From the NCBI GenBank assembly GCA_002689325.1, contig NZFP01000009.1, forward strand, positions 2,587 to 66,586: a DNA stretch of 64,000 nt. Direction: 5' to 3'. The notes under the pieces were generated by a model that saw only the letters and a program-made list of their open reading frames with translations, had not been told where the DNA came from and made no database searches. This document shows positions 9,301 through 17,970 of the stretch, piece after piece (the stretch's first letter is position 1; every line of letters starts with the position of its first letter). The stretch comes from Rickettsiales bacterium (GTDB lineage Bacteria; Pseudomonadota; Alphaproteobacteria; Methylaequorales; Methylaequoraceae). The translations under genes were made by a program, and so were the position numbers.

Positions 9301-9846
9301 TCAATCTTCAAGCGGTAAGTTTTTATACTTTCTATACTCGTTCCAAATTTTTTTTTGCTTTTCGGGGTCTCTTTCTTTAAGTGCAGCGTTCTTTATTTGT
9401 TGAGCTAAAACATCATCATTGTCATCAAAGGGAATATCTTCAGGAATTTTTCCATTTGACCCTGAGTTATTTTTATTTATAGAACCTGCGAGTTCATTTT
9501 CAGTGTCTTGATTTTGTTCATCGTATGACTCAGTTGATTCTTGATCTGCTCTAAATTTATTGCCTCTTAATTCTTGTGATCCATCCGATGCATTTTCTAT
9601 ACTATTGTCAGCATTATTTTGCCTTGCTGATGTTTTTGCTTTTATACACTCTTCAAATCTATCCAAGGACTCGAGTAAAGCATCATCCATCGCCTGAATC
9701 TGCTCTCTGTCTGTTAAATATTCATTTTCTGTATAGTTTACATCAAAATTATCGCACTCATCATTAATAGTTTCAGAATAAGGAGCTTTTCCAACAACAA
9801 AAAAAACAATAAGAAGTAAATGACTTAAAAAAAATTTGTACAACAT
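9301..9846 (-). CDS. Hypothetical exported acidic protein
   Basis: Signal peptide, low-complexity acidic middle, ordered C-terminus (PEDIPFDDNDDVLAQQIKNAALKERDPEKQKKIWNEYRKYK). Confidence 0.7.
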   Translation of the reverse strand: MLYKFFLSHLLLIVFFVVGKAPYSETINDECDNFDVNYTENEYLTDREQIQAMDDALLESLDRFEECIKAKTSARQNNADNSIENASDGSQELRGNKFRADQESTESYDEQNQDTENELAGSINKNNSGSNGKIPEDIPFDDNDDVLAQQIKNAALKERDPEKQKKIWNEYRKYKNLPLED

Positions 9847-10197
9847 AAATTAAACTTTTTTTCAAATTATTTTAGCGCTAACCACTTTTAATTTTAATCT
9901 TTAATTCTCAGTTGGAAAAGAAAAATTTTTATCTCTTATAATCGATAGGAGAACAATTTGTAATCTGTATAAGGGAAAATTCTCTAATTAAACCTCTCCT
10001 ATTACCAAAGTAATCAGGTGATGAAAATTTTGAGGACCTTGGCTGTTCATAAATAAAGTATATCAAATGTGTCATTAATAGTTTTATCAAGGGCCCTAGT
10101 CTCATTTGATAATAAAGACACTAATGCACTTAATGCTGAAAAAAAGTGTGATAGTAAAATTTATCTGCATTTAGATCAATGAGTTACACACTAACAC

Positions 10198-10258
10198 AAC
10201 TGATTCAAAATCCGTTGAACTTCGGTTCATGTCCGTTCGAGTCGGACTAGGAATACCA
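10198..10258 (+). pseudogene. 3' half of tRNA-Leu(CAA), att-like remnant
   Basis: Anticodon loop TTCAAAA (one stem mismatch), variable arm GAAC-TTCG-GTTC, perfect T-arm GTCCG-TTCGAGT-CGGAC and terminal ACCA. No D-arm or complementary 5' acceptor strand upstream. Confidence 0.8.
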
Positions 10259-10271
10259 TAAAGTTCTTTAT

Positions 10272-12761
10272 TTATCCATTTCTCAATAAATAGTATGTAT
10301 TAAAATTTAAGTACTTTCTGTTTGAAATTAATAAAGTTGTTACAAATACCAACATAAATAGAATTAAAATAATCAAAGTAACTGAAATGGGAAAATACCA
10401 ATCGATACTAAAAAAATTTGTTATAAAAAAGTAGGAAAATACAATTGAAAATATTAACGAAGAAATAACTATAGGTATAAATAATATGAGAGTTTCAAAT
10501 ATTATCAGTTTATAAATATTTAATTTCTCAAAACCCAGAATTCTTAAAACAAGATTTTGATAAACTTTAAGATTTCCGATTACACTTATAGCATTTGATA
10601 TCACAATGAGTCCAATTAGAATTACCACTAGTGATATCAAAATACTCACAATAAATATGCCATTTAAAAAATTTTTTGTTTTGTTTATATACTCAGATAA
10701 CTTTATGTAGGTTATATTTGGTAATTTTCTTAATATATTACTTAAGTTTACCAATTCCTCATTTTCAAATTTTATAGTAGACATAAATTCATGAGGAATT
10801 TTTGATGCATATTTAGGATTAAATAAAATTGCAAAATTAATGTTTAAGTCCCTATAATCTACTTTTCTAAAATTTGTAATGATTCCTGTAACTGAATTAC
10901 CAAAAATATTAAATGTCATCGAATCACCAATTTTTAATTTTAGATCATTAGCGACTTTGTAATCTAAAGAAAGTTGTAATTTATTTATTTCATCTTTATC
11001 CCACCATTTACCTTTAATAACTGGATTATTGAATGGAGGGTTTTTTGACCAAGATATTCTTCTCTCACCGTTAATAAACCAAAAACTTTTATTTTTTTCA
11101 TCTATTAATTCTCTTGGATTTCTATTATTTATAGTTTCTATTCTTGCAGATATCATAGGTACAACTATTTGTTTTGCTTTAAAATCAATTTCATAAATTT
11201 GCTCCTTAAATAATTTCAATTGATTTTCCTGTATTCCTAAAAAAAAATAATGTGGGGCATTCTTTGGTATCGAAGTATTAAGTTCTTTATTGATATTAGA
11301 AGACAACATTCCAAGAAAGAATAATGTGGTCATTCCCAATCCCATGGTTACTATCATAATAGTATTTAGACTACGATAAGCTTTCAGATTTTTAATCCCC
11401 ATGTTAAGAAGTAAATTTTTTATGTTTTTCATTTTACCCAAAATCAAAATGTAGAATTTAGATAAAAAATAATAGAAAAAACTAATAATTATAAAAAAGA
11501 AAAAAAATACTGCTGTTTGTTGAGGTTTTACATTTAAAATACAAAAAAAGAAAACGAAAATTATCAGCAAAACACTAATTTCTATAAATGATTTTCTAGT
11601 ATAATTTAAATTTAATTGAGTGCTGCTATTTCTAAATAGATTTGTAACTTTAATTTGATCGATACTATCTACCACAGGTTTGGCAAATATAAAAAAGACT
11701 ATAATACTAAAGAATTGAATAATTAAGTATTCAGTAATTTTAAATTTTACCTTTAACTCAATATTTAGAAAGTTTAAAAAACTATGATCTAGAAAAAAAA
11801 TTATTAACAAACCTAAAGTATAAGCTATTAGAGAACAGAAAATCAAAATCACAATAGTTTGTGTGTAGTATATGGTTTTAATATTATTGGAACTTAATCC
11901 CAAAGATTTATAAATAGCAATATTAAACTGATTATTACTAAGAAATGAATAAAGTGAGTTTTTTAAACCAACTCCTGAAATTAGGATAGCTGACGCTGCA
12001 ATAATGGTGAGAAAATAAATAAAATTCTCAATAGTTCTTTTTAGATTCTGACTAACGTCTTCTGGAGTCTTAATTATAATTTTCTTATTTTCATTAATTT
12101 TTTTTGATAATTTTGAATTATTTTCCTTTTTTATCATTTTATATTTAAAATTTATAAAAGTTCCAAGATTATTGACTTTTAAATTCTTAAAGCCTGATTT
12201 GTTAATTAAAGCTTGATCTCCAAAAAGAAAAAAACCTCCAATATCCGGTAAACTTTCAATTACACCTATAACCTCAAATGAAACATTTTGTATTCTTATT
12301 TTCTCACCGATTTTTAAATTAAGATTATTTTTGGTTGTTTTATCAACCAAAATAGCATTGGATGTTGTTTTAAGTAATCTAAGTGAATTTGCAGGTTCAA
12401 CTTTTACATTTCCAAGAAGTGGATAAAAATTATCTATTACTTTTATTCTTGTTGTTTTGCTTTCCTCATTTATAGTTCTTATAATAGACGTAAACTCAAT
12501 AACCTCCGTCATTAAGAATTTATCTTTTAATTCGTCTATAAATTCATCATTTAAATCTGTGTTTTTTGTAGATAGCTCTAAATCACCTCCAAGAAAAACT
12601 CTTGCATTATCTTTAATTTCATTTTCAATACTATTTTTTAAAATTGTTACTGAAGAGAAAATTAGCAAACTGATAAATATTGTAAAAAATACTTTTGAGA
12701 TTTTTTCTTTATTCTTATAAAATTCTTTTATTAAAAATTGAAAATTTTTAGGAAAATACAT
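10272..12761 (-). CDS. ybbP: ABC transporter permease (YbbP/FtsX-like)
   Basis: LGGDL, YPLLG, AIYKSLG and APHYFFLGIQ motifs; two FtsX-type halves. Confidence 0.8.
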   Translation of the reverse strand: MYFPKNFQFLIKEFYKNKEKISKVFFTIFISLLIFSSVTILKNSIENEIKDNARVFLGGDLELSTKNTDLNDEFIDELKDKFLMTEVIEFTSIIRTINEESKTTRIKVIDNFYPLLGNVKVEPANSLRLLKTTSNAILVDKTTKNNLNLKIGEKIRIQNVSFEVIGVIESLPDIGGFFLFGDQALINKSGFKNLKVNNLGTFINFKYKMIKKENNSKLSKKINENKKIIIKTPEDVSQNLKRTIENFIYFLTIIAASAILISGVGLKNSLYSFLSNNQFNIAIYKSLGLSSNNIKTIYYTQTIVILIFCSLIAYTLGLLIIFFLDHSFLNFLNIELKVKFKITEYLIIQFFSIIVFFIFAKPVVDSIDQIKVTNLFRNSSTQLNLNYTRKSFIEISVLLIIFVFFFCILNVKPQQTAVFFFFFIIISFFYYFLSKFYILILGKMKNIKNLLLNMGIKNLKAYRSLNTIMIVTMGLGMTTLFFLGMLSSNINKELNTSIPKNAPHYFFLGIQENQLKLFKEQIYEIDFKAKQIVVPMISARIETINNRNPRELIDEKNKSFWFINGERRISWSKNPPFNNPVIKGKWWDKDEINKLQLSLDYKVANDLKLKIGDSMTFNIFGNSVTGIITNFRKVDYRDLNINFAILFNPKYASKIPHEFMSTIKFENEELVNLSNILRKLPNITYIKLSEYINKTKNFLNGIFIVSILISLVVILIGLIVISNAISVIGNLKVYQNLVLRILGFEKLNIYKLIIFETLILFIPIVISSLIFSIVFSYFFITNFFSIDWYFPISVTLIILILFMLVFVTTLLISNRKYLNFNTYYLLRNG

Positions 12762-12763
12762 AA

Positions 12764-13432
12764 TTAATTTCTTATTTCACCATCTAATAAATTTATAATC
12801 CTATCGCACTTTTTTGCTAAATTAATATTATGAGTTACTAAAAATAAACTGATTTTTTTTTTTTTGGAGTAATTTATTAGTAAATTTGAAACTAGTTCTG
12901 TATTTTTTCTATCTAGATTACCAGTAGGTTCATCTGCTAGAATAACTTCTGGGTTAAACGAAATTGCCCTAGCGATTGCGACTCTTTGTTGCTCTCCACC
13001 TGATAACTCAGAAGGTAAATTATTTTTTCGTTTCTCTAAACCAATGTCAGAGAGAATCAAATTAGCTTTTTCTTTTTCATTTTTAATTTTATTTATTTGC
13101 ATAGGAAACATGACATTTTCAAGAGCTGTATAATTTGGTATTAGGTAAAATTGCTGAAACACTAACCCAATTTTTTTTTTTCGTATTACGGTTTTTTGTT
13201 CCTCGCTTATTACAGAAAAATTTTTATTTTCAAAAAAAACTGATCCTGTTGAAGGTTTTTCTAGACCAGACATAAGCATCAAAAGACTTGTTTTTCCAGA
13301 ACCGCTTTCACCGACTAAAGCTACTCTCTCATTTTTTTTTAATTCAAAATTTATATTTTTCAAAACTCTGATATCATTCCCATTCACATTGTAATTAAGA
13401 TTAATGTTATCTAGTTTATATAGTTTTTTCAT
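12764..13432 (-). CDS. ybbA: ABC transporter ATP-binding protein (YbbA/LolD-like)
   Basis: Walker [32 protein letters not shown]. Confidence 0.85.
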   Translation of the reverse strand: MKKLYKLDNINLNYNVNGNDIRVLKNINFELKKNERVALVGESGSGKTSLLMLMSGLEKPSTGSVFFENKNFSVISEEQKTVIRKKKIGLVFQQFYLIPNYTALENVMFPMQINKIKNEKEKANLILSDIGLEKRKNNLPSELSGGEQQRVAIARAISFNPEVILADEPTGNLDRKNTELVSNLLINYSKKKKISLFLVTHNINLAKKCDRIINLLDGEIRN

Positions 13433-14045
13433 TTTAAGATTTCTTGTTATATTGATAGTTGGTCTAAACTTTATACCAACAAAAGTGTATTGTAACCAAA
13501 AAATTGCATTGTTTGGTGATAGCTTAATGTCTGGTTATGGACTTGAAAAAAAATTTCATCTATCAACTATTTTAGAAAAAAATCTTAAACAAAAAGGATT
13601 TGATGTAAATGTCATTAATGCCAGCGTATCTGGAGACACCACATCTGGTGGACTAAATAGATTAAATTGGTTACTTAAAAAAAAAGATATAGATATTGTT
13701 GTAGTATGCCTTGGAGCAAATGATATGTTGAGAGGAATTAAACCCTCTCTAATAAAACAAAATTTAAATAAAATCCTGCACATTTTGCAAGAAAGAAACA
13801 CAACCATTCTTCTAGCCGGCATGCTATCTCAAGAAGCATTGGGAAACGAATATAAAAATAAATTTGATAGCATTTATCCTGAGCTTGCAAAAAAATTTCA
13901 GATTTCTTTTTTGCCATTTTTATTAGATGGTGTTGCTCTAAACGCTGAATTAAATTTAAGTGATGGAAAACATCCTAACCAAGAAGGAATTAAAATAATA
14001 AGTAAAAATCTTGAAAAAAAACTAAATGATATTCTTCAAAATTAA
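13404..14045 (+). CDS. tesA: Arylesterase / acyl-CoA thioesterase I (SGNH/GDSL)
   Basis: FGDSL, NASVSGDTT, LGANDMLRG and DGKHPN motifs; divergent from ybbA. Confidence 0.85.
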   Translation: MLSSLYSFFILRFLVILIVGLNFIPTKVYCNQKIALFGDSLMSGYGLEKKFHLSTILEKNLKQKGFDVNVINASVSGDTTSGGLNRLNWLLKKKDIDIVVVCLGANDMLRGIKPSLIKQNLNKILHILQERNTTILLAGMLSQEALGNEYKNKFDSIYPELAKKFQISFLPFLLDGVALNAELNLSDGKHPNQEGIKIISKNLEKKLNDILQN

Positions 14046-14109
14046 TTCAAGAAAAAAGCATTGAGACAAGTTAAGAAAGCCAATTTAATAAAGGGTCTAA
14101 GAACTACTA

Positions 14110-14169
14110 AACTGATTCAAAATCCTTTGTCTTTTCTGGCATATTCGGTCGAGTCCTACTAGGGTCACA
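14110..14169 (+). pseudogene. Second, more decayed tRNA-Leu(CAA) 3' remnant
   Basis: Shares AACTGATTCAAAATCC exactly with 10198-10213, followed by a variable-arm hairpin, a degenerate T-loop (GGTCGAGTCC) and ACTAGGGTCACA. Confidence 0.7.
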
Positions 14170-14183
14170 TGATTATATCTTTA

Positions 14184-15407
14184 CTAGTAGAGAGCTACCA
14201 ACCTTTTAGATAAATTATTTTTATCAAGTTTTTTAAATAAATTAATAAGTTGATGTATTGTTTTAGATGAATGACTAATGCTCTTTAAAGCTGCAGATAA
14301 TACTTCTACATAGCTATTAATCGTTAATTTTTTATTATCCTCGAATAGTTGACACACAAGAAGAAAATCTGTCAAAGATATAAAAAAAATCATTACTCTG
14401 ATGAAATTGTTTAATGAATTCTTAGAATTCATTATATTATCAATATTTTTTAAAAATTCATTAATAAAGTAGTTTTTAAAAATAAAATCATTCTCTTTTC
14501 TAAATTTATTGAATTTTGTATTGTAAATATAAGTAAATTGTTTAACAAATGTTGTTTTAGGTAAAAATAAATAGTCACTTTTTAAAGCTGATTTTTTACA
14601 GATTTTCCTAAACCTTGAATCTCTGAATTCGCCTTTACTATCAGCAAGACCATTAGAGCTTTGACTTCCCGATTTATTACTGCTAACCAATTTGGAAAAA
14701 CAGAATGATGCCAAAATATTTATATCCGTATGAAGTAAGTCTTTTTTTATTTTCTCATTTTCATTTTTTAAAAAATTATTTACAGAACATTCACTACTAT
14801 TTATTTTATCATAGGAAATTATTATCTGTTTAAGAGTTTCGAAAATGTTACTATAGTCATTTATTTTAAAAAATACTTCTTCTATAAATTTTAATTTTTT
14901 ATCAGATAATTTTTTTTTAGTTTGAAGTGAAAAAACATTATGAGAATTAAAAATATTTGGTAATTTTTTTTTTTTTAATGTTTTAATGTTTAAATCTTTT
15001 TTACTTAAGCATAATCGAGCAATTTCAGGGCATGACAATGAACCTGAAATAAAACCTATTTTATCAAATATTGTTATTTCCCTGGGATAAGTTGAGCAAC
15101 CAATTGATAAACTTTCTTGTCCCATTAACTTAAATGCATTGCATAGTTTATCCTTAGTTAAAAAAGGGCAACAATTATTTTCGTTTACTAACTTTCCGTA
15201 ATTAATATTTGACTTTAGATCGTCTTTAATCAGCGACCTTTGAGAAATTGATTTTATTTCTTTAATAGTTGAATTTTTATATTTTTTATATGTTGCTTTA
15301 TCAATTTTTATATTCCAACCCACACAACAAGAATCAATGCAGTCTTTTCCTATACATTTGAAATCTTGTATATATTCGGGAACAAAAAAATTCTGGTTTG
15401 TTTGCAT
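14184..15407 (-). CDS. fliB: Flagellin lysine-N-methylase family protein
   Basis: FKCIGKDCIDSCCVGWNIKID, CPFL..DKLC, CSTYPR and LSCPE Cys motifs. Confidence 0.8.
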   Translation of the reverse strand: MQTNQNFFVPEYIQDFKCIGKDCIDSCCVGWNIKIDKATYKKYKNSTIKEIKSISQRSLIKDDLKSNINYGKLVNENNCCPFLTKDKLCNAFKLMGQESLSIGCSTYPREITIFDKIGFISGSLSCPEIARLCLSKKDLNIKTLKKKKLPNIFNSHNVFSLQTKKKLSDKKLKFIEEVFFKINDYSNIFETLKQIIISYDKINSSECSVNNFLKNENEKIKKDLLHTDINILASFCFSKLVSSNKSGSQSSNGLADSKGEFRDSRFRKICKKSALKSDYLFLPKTTFVKQFTYIYNTKFNKFRKENDFIFKNYFINEFLKNIDNIMNSKNSLNNFIRVMIFFISLTDFLLVCQLFEDNKKLTINSYVEVLSAALKSISHSSKTIHQLINLFKKLDKNNLSKRLVALY

Positions 15408-15584
15408 GGTAACTAATTATTTCGCAATATTAGTGCCAATAATGATAAGTAAAAAACTTTATTTTAATAGTTATTATTTTGAAAAAAAGTTTGATAGAAA
15501 AATTTTATTTATTTAAATTAATCACTTCTAATCAAATGAAAGCAATTGAAAATCCTTTGAACTTTCATTATGGATAAAATTTTT

Positions 15585-16715
15585 TCAAATTTTATCTATA
15601 ATGAACTTACAAAATTTTTTAATTCCTTCCGATTTATGCCATTCTCTTGAGGCAATTACAGATTTCTCATTAAAATATTGATAATTTTTAATGAAATTTT
15701 CTAATGAAAATTTCAGTGACTCGCTATCGTTCCATTGAAAAAAGGCTCCACATTTTTTTTTTTTAACTAAATAAGCTGGGTGATTTTTTTGTGGTAAAAT
15801 TATTGGTCTTCCTGTAGCTATTGTTTCACAAACTATGCCTGAAGCAAGCAATTGATAATAAATCGGAACAAAAAGATATAACACAGCATCAAAACTAGCA
15901 ATCTTATTATTTAAATCATCAGTAAAATTAAAAAAAGAAAAGTTTTTATTCTCTAAAATTTTCTTAAAATGATGATCTACATGTTCTAGTATTTTTTCAG
16001 GTTTAAAATATTCTCCAGGATCATGAAATTCAAACATAAGATTTGTTTGTTGAAATAATTCTAAAAAACTCTTTGAAAAGTTTTCTGTGAAAACTTTGTT
16101 TAATCCAAATACTCCTATTTTTTTTAAAAGTTTACCTTCTTTTTTTTTATATTTTGAAAAAGTAAGAAATGGTGTAATTTCAATATCTATGGGTAAAAAA
16201 CGAGAAAAAGTTTCTTTAACACTCTCCTCATATGCTAAATAAATTATATCTTTTCTTTGTTTAAATTTGTCAAGAAATTTAACATACAAATTAATAGTAT
16301 TGTTTGAAAAGTTACTATAGACTGCATCTAAAAAAATAAAGGGACGTTTTGCAACTTTTAAGAATAAATTAGAAAAAATTTGTATTGGGTAATTGGTTGG
16401 GACCCAAATAGCAATATCGGGAAAAGGATTTTTTTTTAGATAAAGTTTAATACTATTTACAGTTATTTCGACAGATTTGATAATTTTATCCTCATTTTCA
16501 TATGGAACAGCACTGTAAGTTGAAATATCAAATATTTTTTTTATTTTAATTTTATTTTTTAGAAATTTATCTTCAGTTTCTTTCTCTATGTTTTTTAAAC
16601 AAAGTATTTCCACGTCAAAATTATTTTCTTTGAAATATTTAGCAATGTATAGGTCTGTTGAGAAGTTATGCCCTTTTGTATGTTTTAAACCGGAGTCTAT
16701 TAAGATAAGCTTCAT
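15585..16715 (-). CDS. Putative GT-B glycosyltransferase
   Basis: N-terminal ILIDSGL...GHN and C-terminal SGIVCETIATGRPII, typical of GT4-like enzymes. Confidence 0.6.
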   Translation of the reverse strand: MKLILIDSGLKHTKGHNFSTDLYIAKYFKENNFDVEILCLKNIEKETEDKFLKNKIKIKKIFDISTYSAVPYENEDKIIKSVEITVNSIKLYLKKNPFPDIAIWVPTNYPIQIFSNLFLKVAKRPFIFLDAVYSNFSNNTINLYVKFLDKFKQRKDIIYLAYEESVKETFSRFLPIDIEITPFLTFSKYKKKEGKLLKKIGVFGLNKVFTENFSKSFLELFQQTNLMFEFHDPGEYFKPEKILEHVDHHFKKILENKNFSFFNFTDDLNNKIASFDAVLYLFVPIYYQLLASGIVCETIATGRPIILPQKNHPAYLVKKKKCGAFFQWNDSESLKFSLENFIKNYQYFNEKSVIASREWHKSEGIKKFCKFIIDKI

Positions 16716-16795
16716 TTTAATTATTAATAAGATTAATATTATTCTTACATTTTTATTAAGCTAAAATTAAGAAATGTAACATGAAATTTGGGGTA

Positions 16796-17034
16796 AAAAA
16801 ATTAAATTTATCAAAACCCTTATTTATGGAGTTTAAAAATTCTTTTTTAAAAAAAATACACCAATACGCAACCATTACAAATCATGAAGATGCAGAATTT
16901 TATTTTTCTGAAAAATCAACAAAAAATTGAATTAAGAACGATGACCCTGCTAATAATTAAGATTTAATGAAGTATTGATTATGTTTGTTAAATTTAATTA
17001 TTCGACTAATTTGTGTTTTACTTATTGGTCTCAT
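16796..17034. repeat. Decayed direct-repeat copy of 17804-18044 (3' ends of the tautomerase and aldo-keto reductase genes)
   Basis: Manual alignment gives about 26 differences in about 240 bp; this copy carries in-frame stops in the tautomerase frame. Confidence 0.9.
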
Positions 17035-17096
17035 AAAAAAAAATTAATTAATTTCCTCCTTAATAAATAAAAATTTAAGAAATTAATTAAGTCTAA

Positions 17097-17363
17097 TTAA
17101 TGATAAACAATCTTGCCTGACTCTTTTGTTTTTTTTTTATGAGGGCAATGTTGTGTAGCATTTATTTGTGCATTAAAAAAAATTCTGTAAGATTCTCTTA
17201 GTAACCTTCCAAGTATATATTTTGCAAGTTTAAGTTTGTTTGTTTTTTTTGAAATTATTAATTTCCTAAATATTCTATTATACACGAAATGTTTTTCGTG
17301 TTTCTCCTCAATTACATTAGTTATAATGTGTAACATTAATTCATTAAATTCCTTTTCACTCAT
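17097..17363 (-). CDS. Hypothetical 88-aa protein (possibly the tail of the decayed J-domain gene)
   Basis: ORF only; no motif. Confidence 0.35.
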   Translation of the reverse strand: MSEKEFNELMLHIITNVIEEKHEKHFVYNRIFRKLIISKKTNKLKLAKYILGRLLRESYRIFFNAQINATQHCPHKKKTKESGKIVYH

Positions 17364-17368
17364 ACTTT

Positions 17369-17387
17369 AATGATAATAATTATCATT
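17369..17387. promoter_or_regulatory. Perfect Fur-box-like palindrome AATGATAAT-A-ATTATCATT
   Basis: Exact match to the 7-1-7 TGATAAT-N-ATTATCA consensus, 5 nt upstream of the ATG at 17363. Confidence 0.45.
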
Positions 17388-17542
17388 CGCATTTACAATG
17401 TCTTTTTTTTTTTTTTTTGGTTTCTTACTTTAATCATCTGGATGGTATGATTTTGCAAATGCTCTATATGCCACTTCAATTAATTGTTCTTGTCGAGGGG
17501 GGGGGATAAGAAAGTCCTAAAATATGATAAAAAATTTTTCAC
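17388..17542 (-). pseudogene. Frameshifted DnaJ J-domain fragment
   Basis: Pieces in three frames: GTG-KNF / YHILGLS / EVAYRAFAKSYHPDD*, with the HPD motif. Contains G9 (17497-17505) and T16 (17403-17418) runs. Confidence 0.7.
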
Positions 17543-17577
17543 TTTACAAAATTCTAACTTACTTTTTAAATAAAATA

Positions 17578-17970
17578 ATGCCTCACCTTCAATTTGAAAT
17601 TAACAAAAAGTTAAACAAAGAGTCTAAAAACGATTTTATAAGTTTTGTTGAAGAAAGTTTTTCAAAAATAATGGAAACCGGTAGAGACCATATTGCAATC
17701 TCAATAAGGGAACTAGAAGAAAATAGTTTAAGTCTTGGGAGAGCAAAAAATGAATATATTTGTCTTATGAATCTGGACATTAGAGCTGGAAGAACTGATA
17801 AACAAAAAATTAAATTAATCAAAACCCTTATTTCTGGAGTTGAAAAATACTTTTTTATAAAAAAAATACATCAATACGTAACCATTACAAATCATGAAGG
17901 TGCAGAATTTAATTTTTATGAAAAATCACTAACAGATTGGATCAAGAACGATGACCCTGCTAATAATTAG
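17578..17970 (+). CDS. Tautomerase superfamily protein (MIF/CHMI-like)
   Basis: Start at 17578 gives catalytic Pro-1 (MPHLQF); LDIRAGRTDKQK motif. Confidence 0.8.
   Translation: MPHLQFEINKKLNKESKNDFISFVEESFSKIMETGRDHIAISIRELEENSLSLGRAKNEYICLMNLDIRAGRTDKQKIKLIKTLISGVEKYFFIKKIHQYVTITNHEGAEFNFYEKSLTDWIKNDDPANN

Noticed and set aside
9929..10075. 48-codon minus-strand ORF and an ATAGGAGA/TCTCCTAT inverted repeat in the intergenic gap
   Set aside because: No recognisable protein motif or riboswitch consensus; may be a decayed gene fragment.
10170..10258. Functional tRNA-Leu gene
   Set aside because: No D-arm, no 5' acceptor strand pairing with TAGGAAT, and a mismatch in the anticodon stem.
13404..13432. 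Head-to-head overlap of tesA and ybbA
   Set aside because: The divergent, closely packed tesA/ybbA arrangement is well known, and the true tesA start may be downstream.
17524..17577. N-terminal extension of the tautomerase in the ORF track
   Set aside because: The family needs Pro-1, so the start at 17578 fits better.
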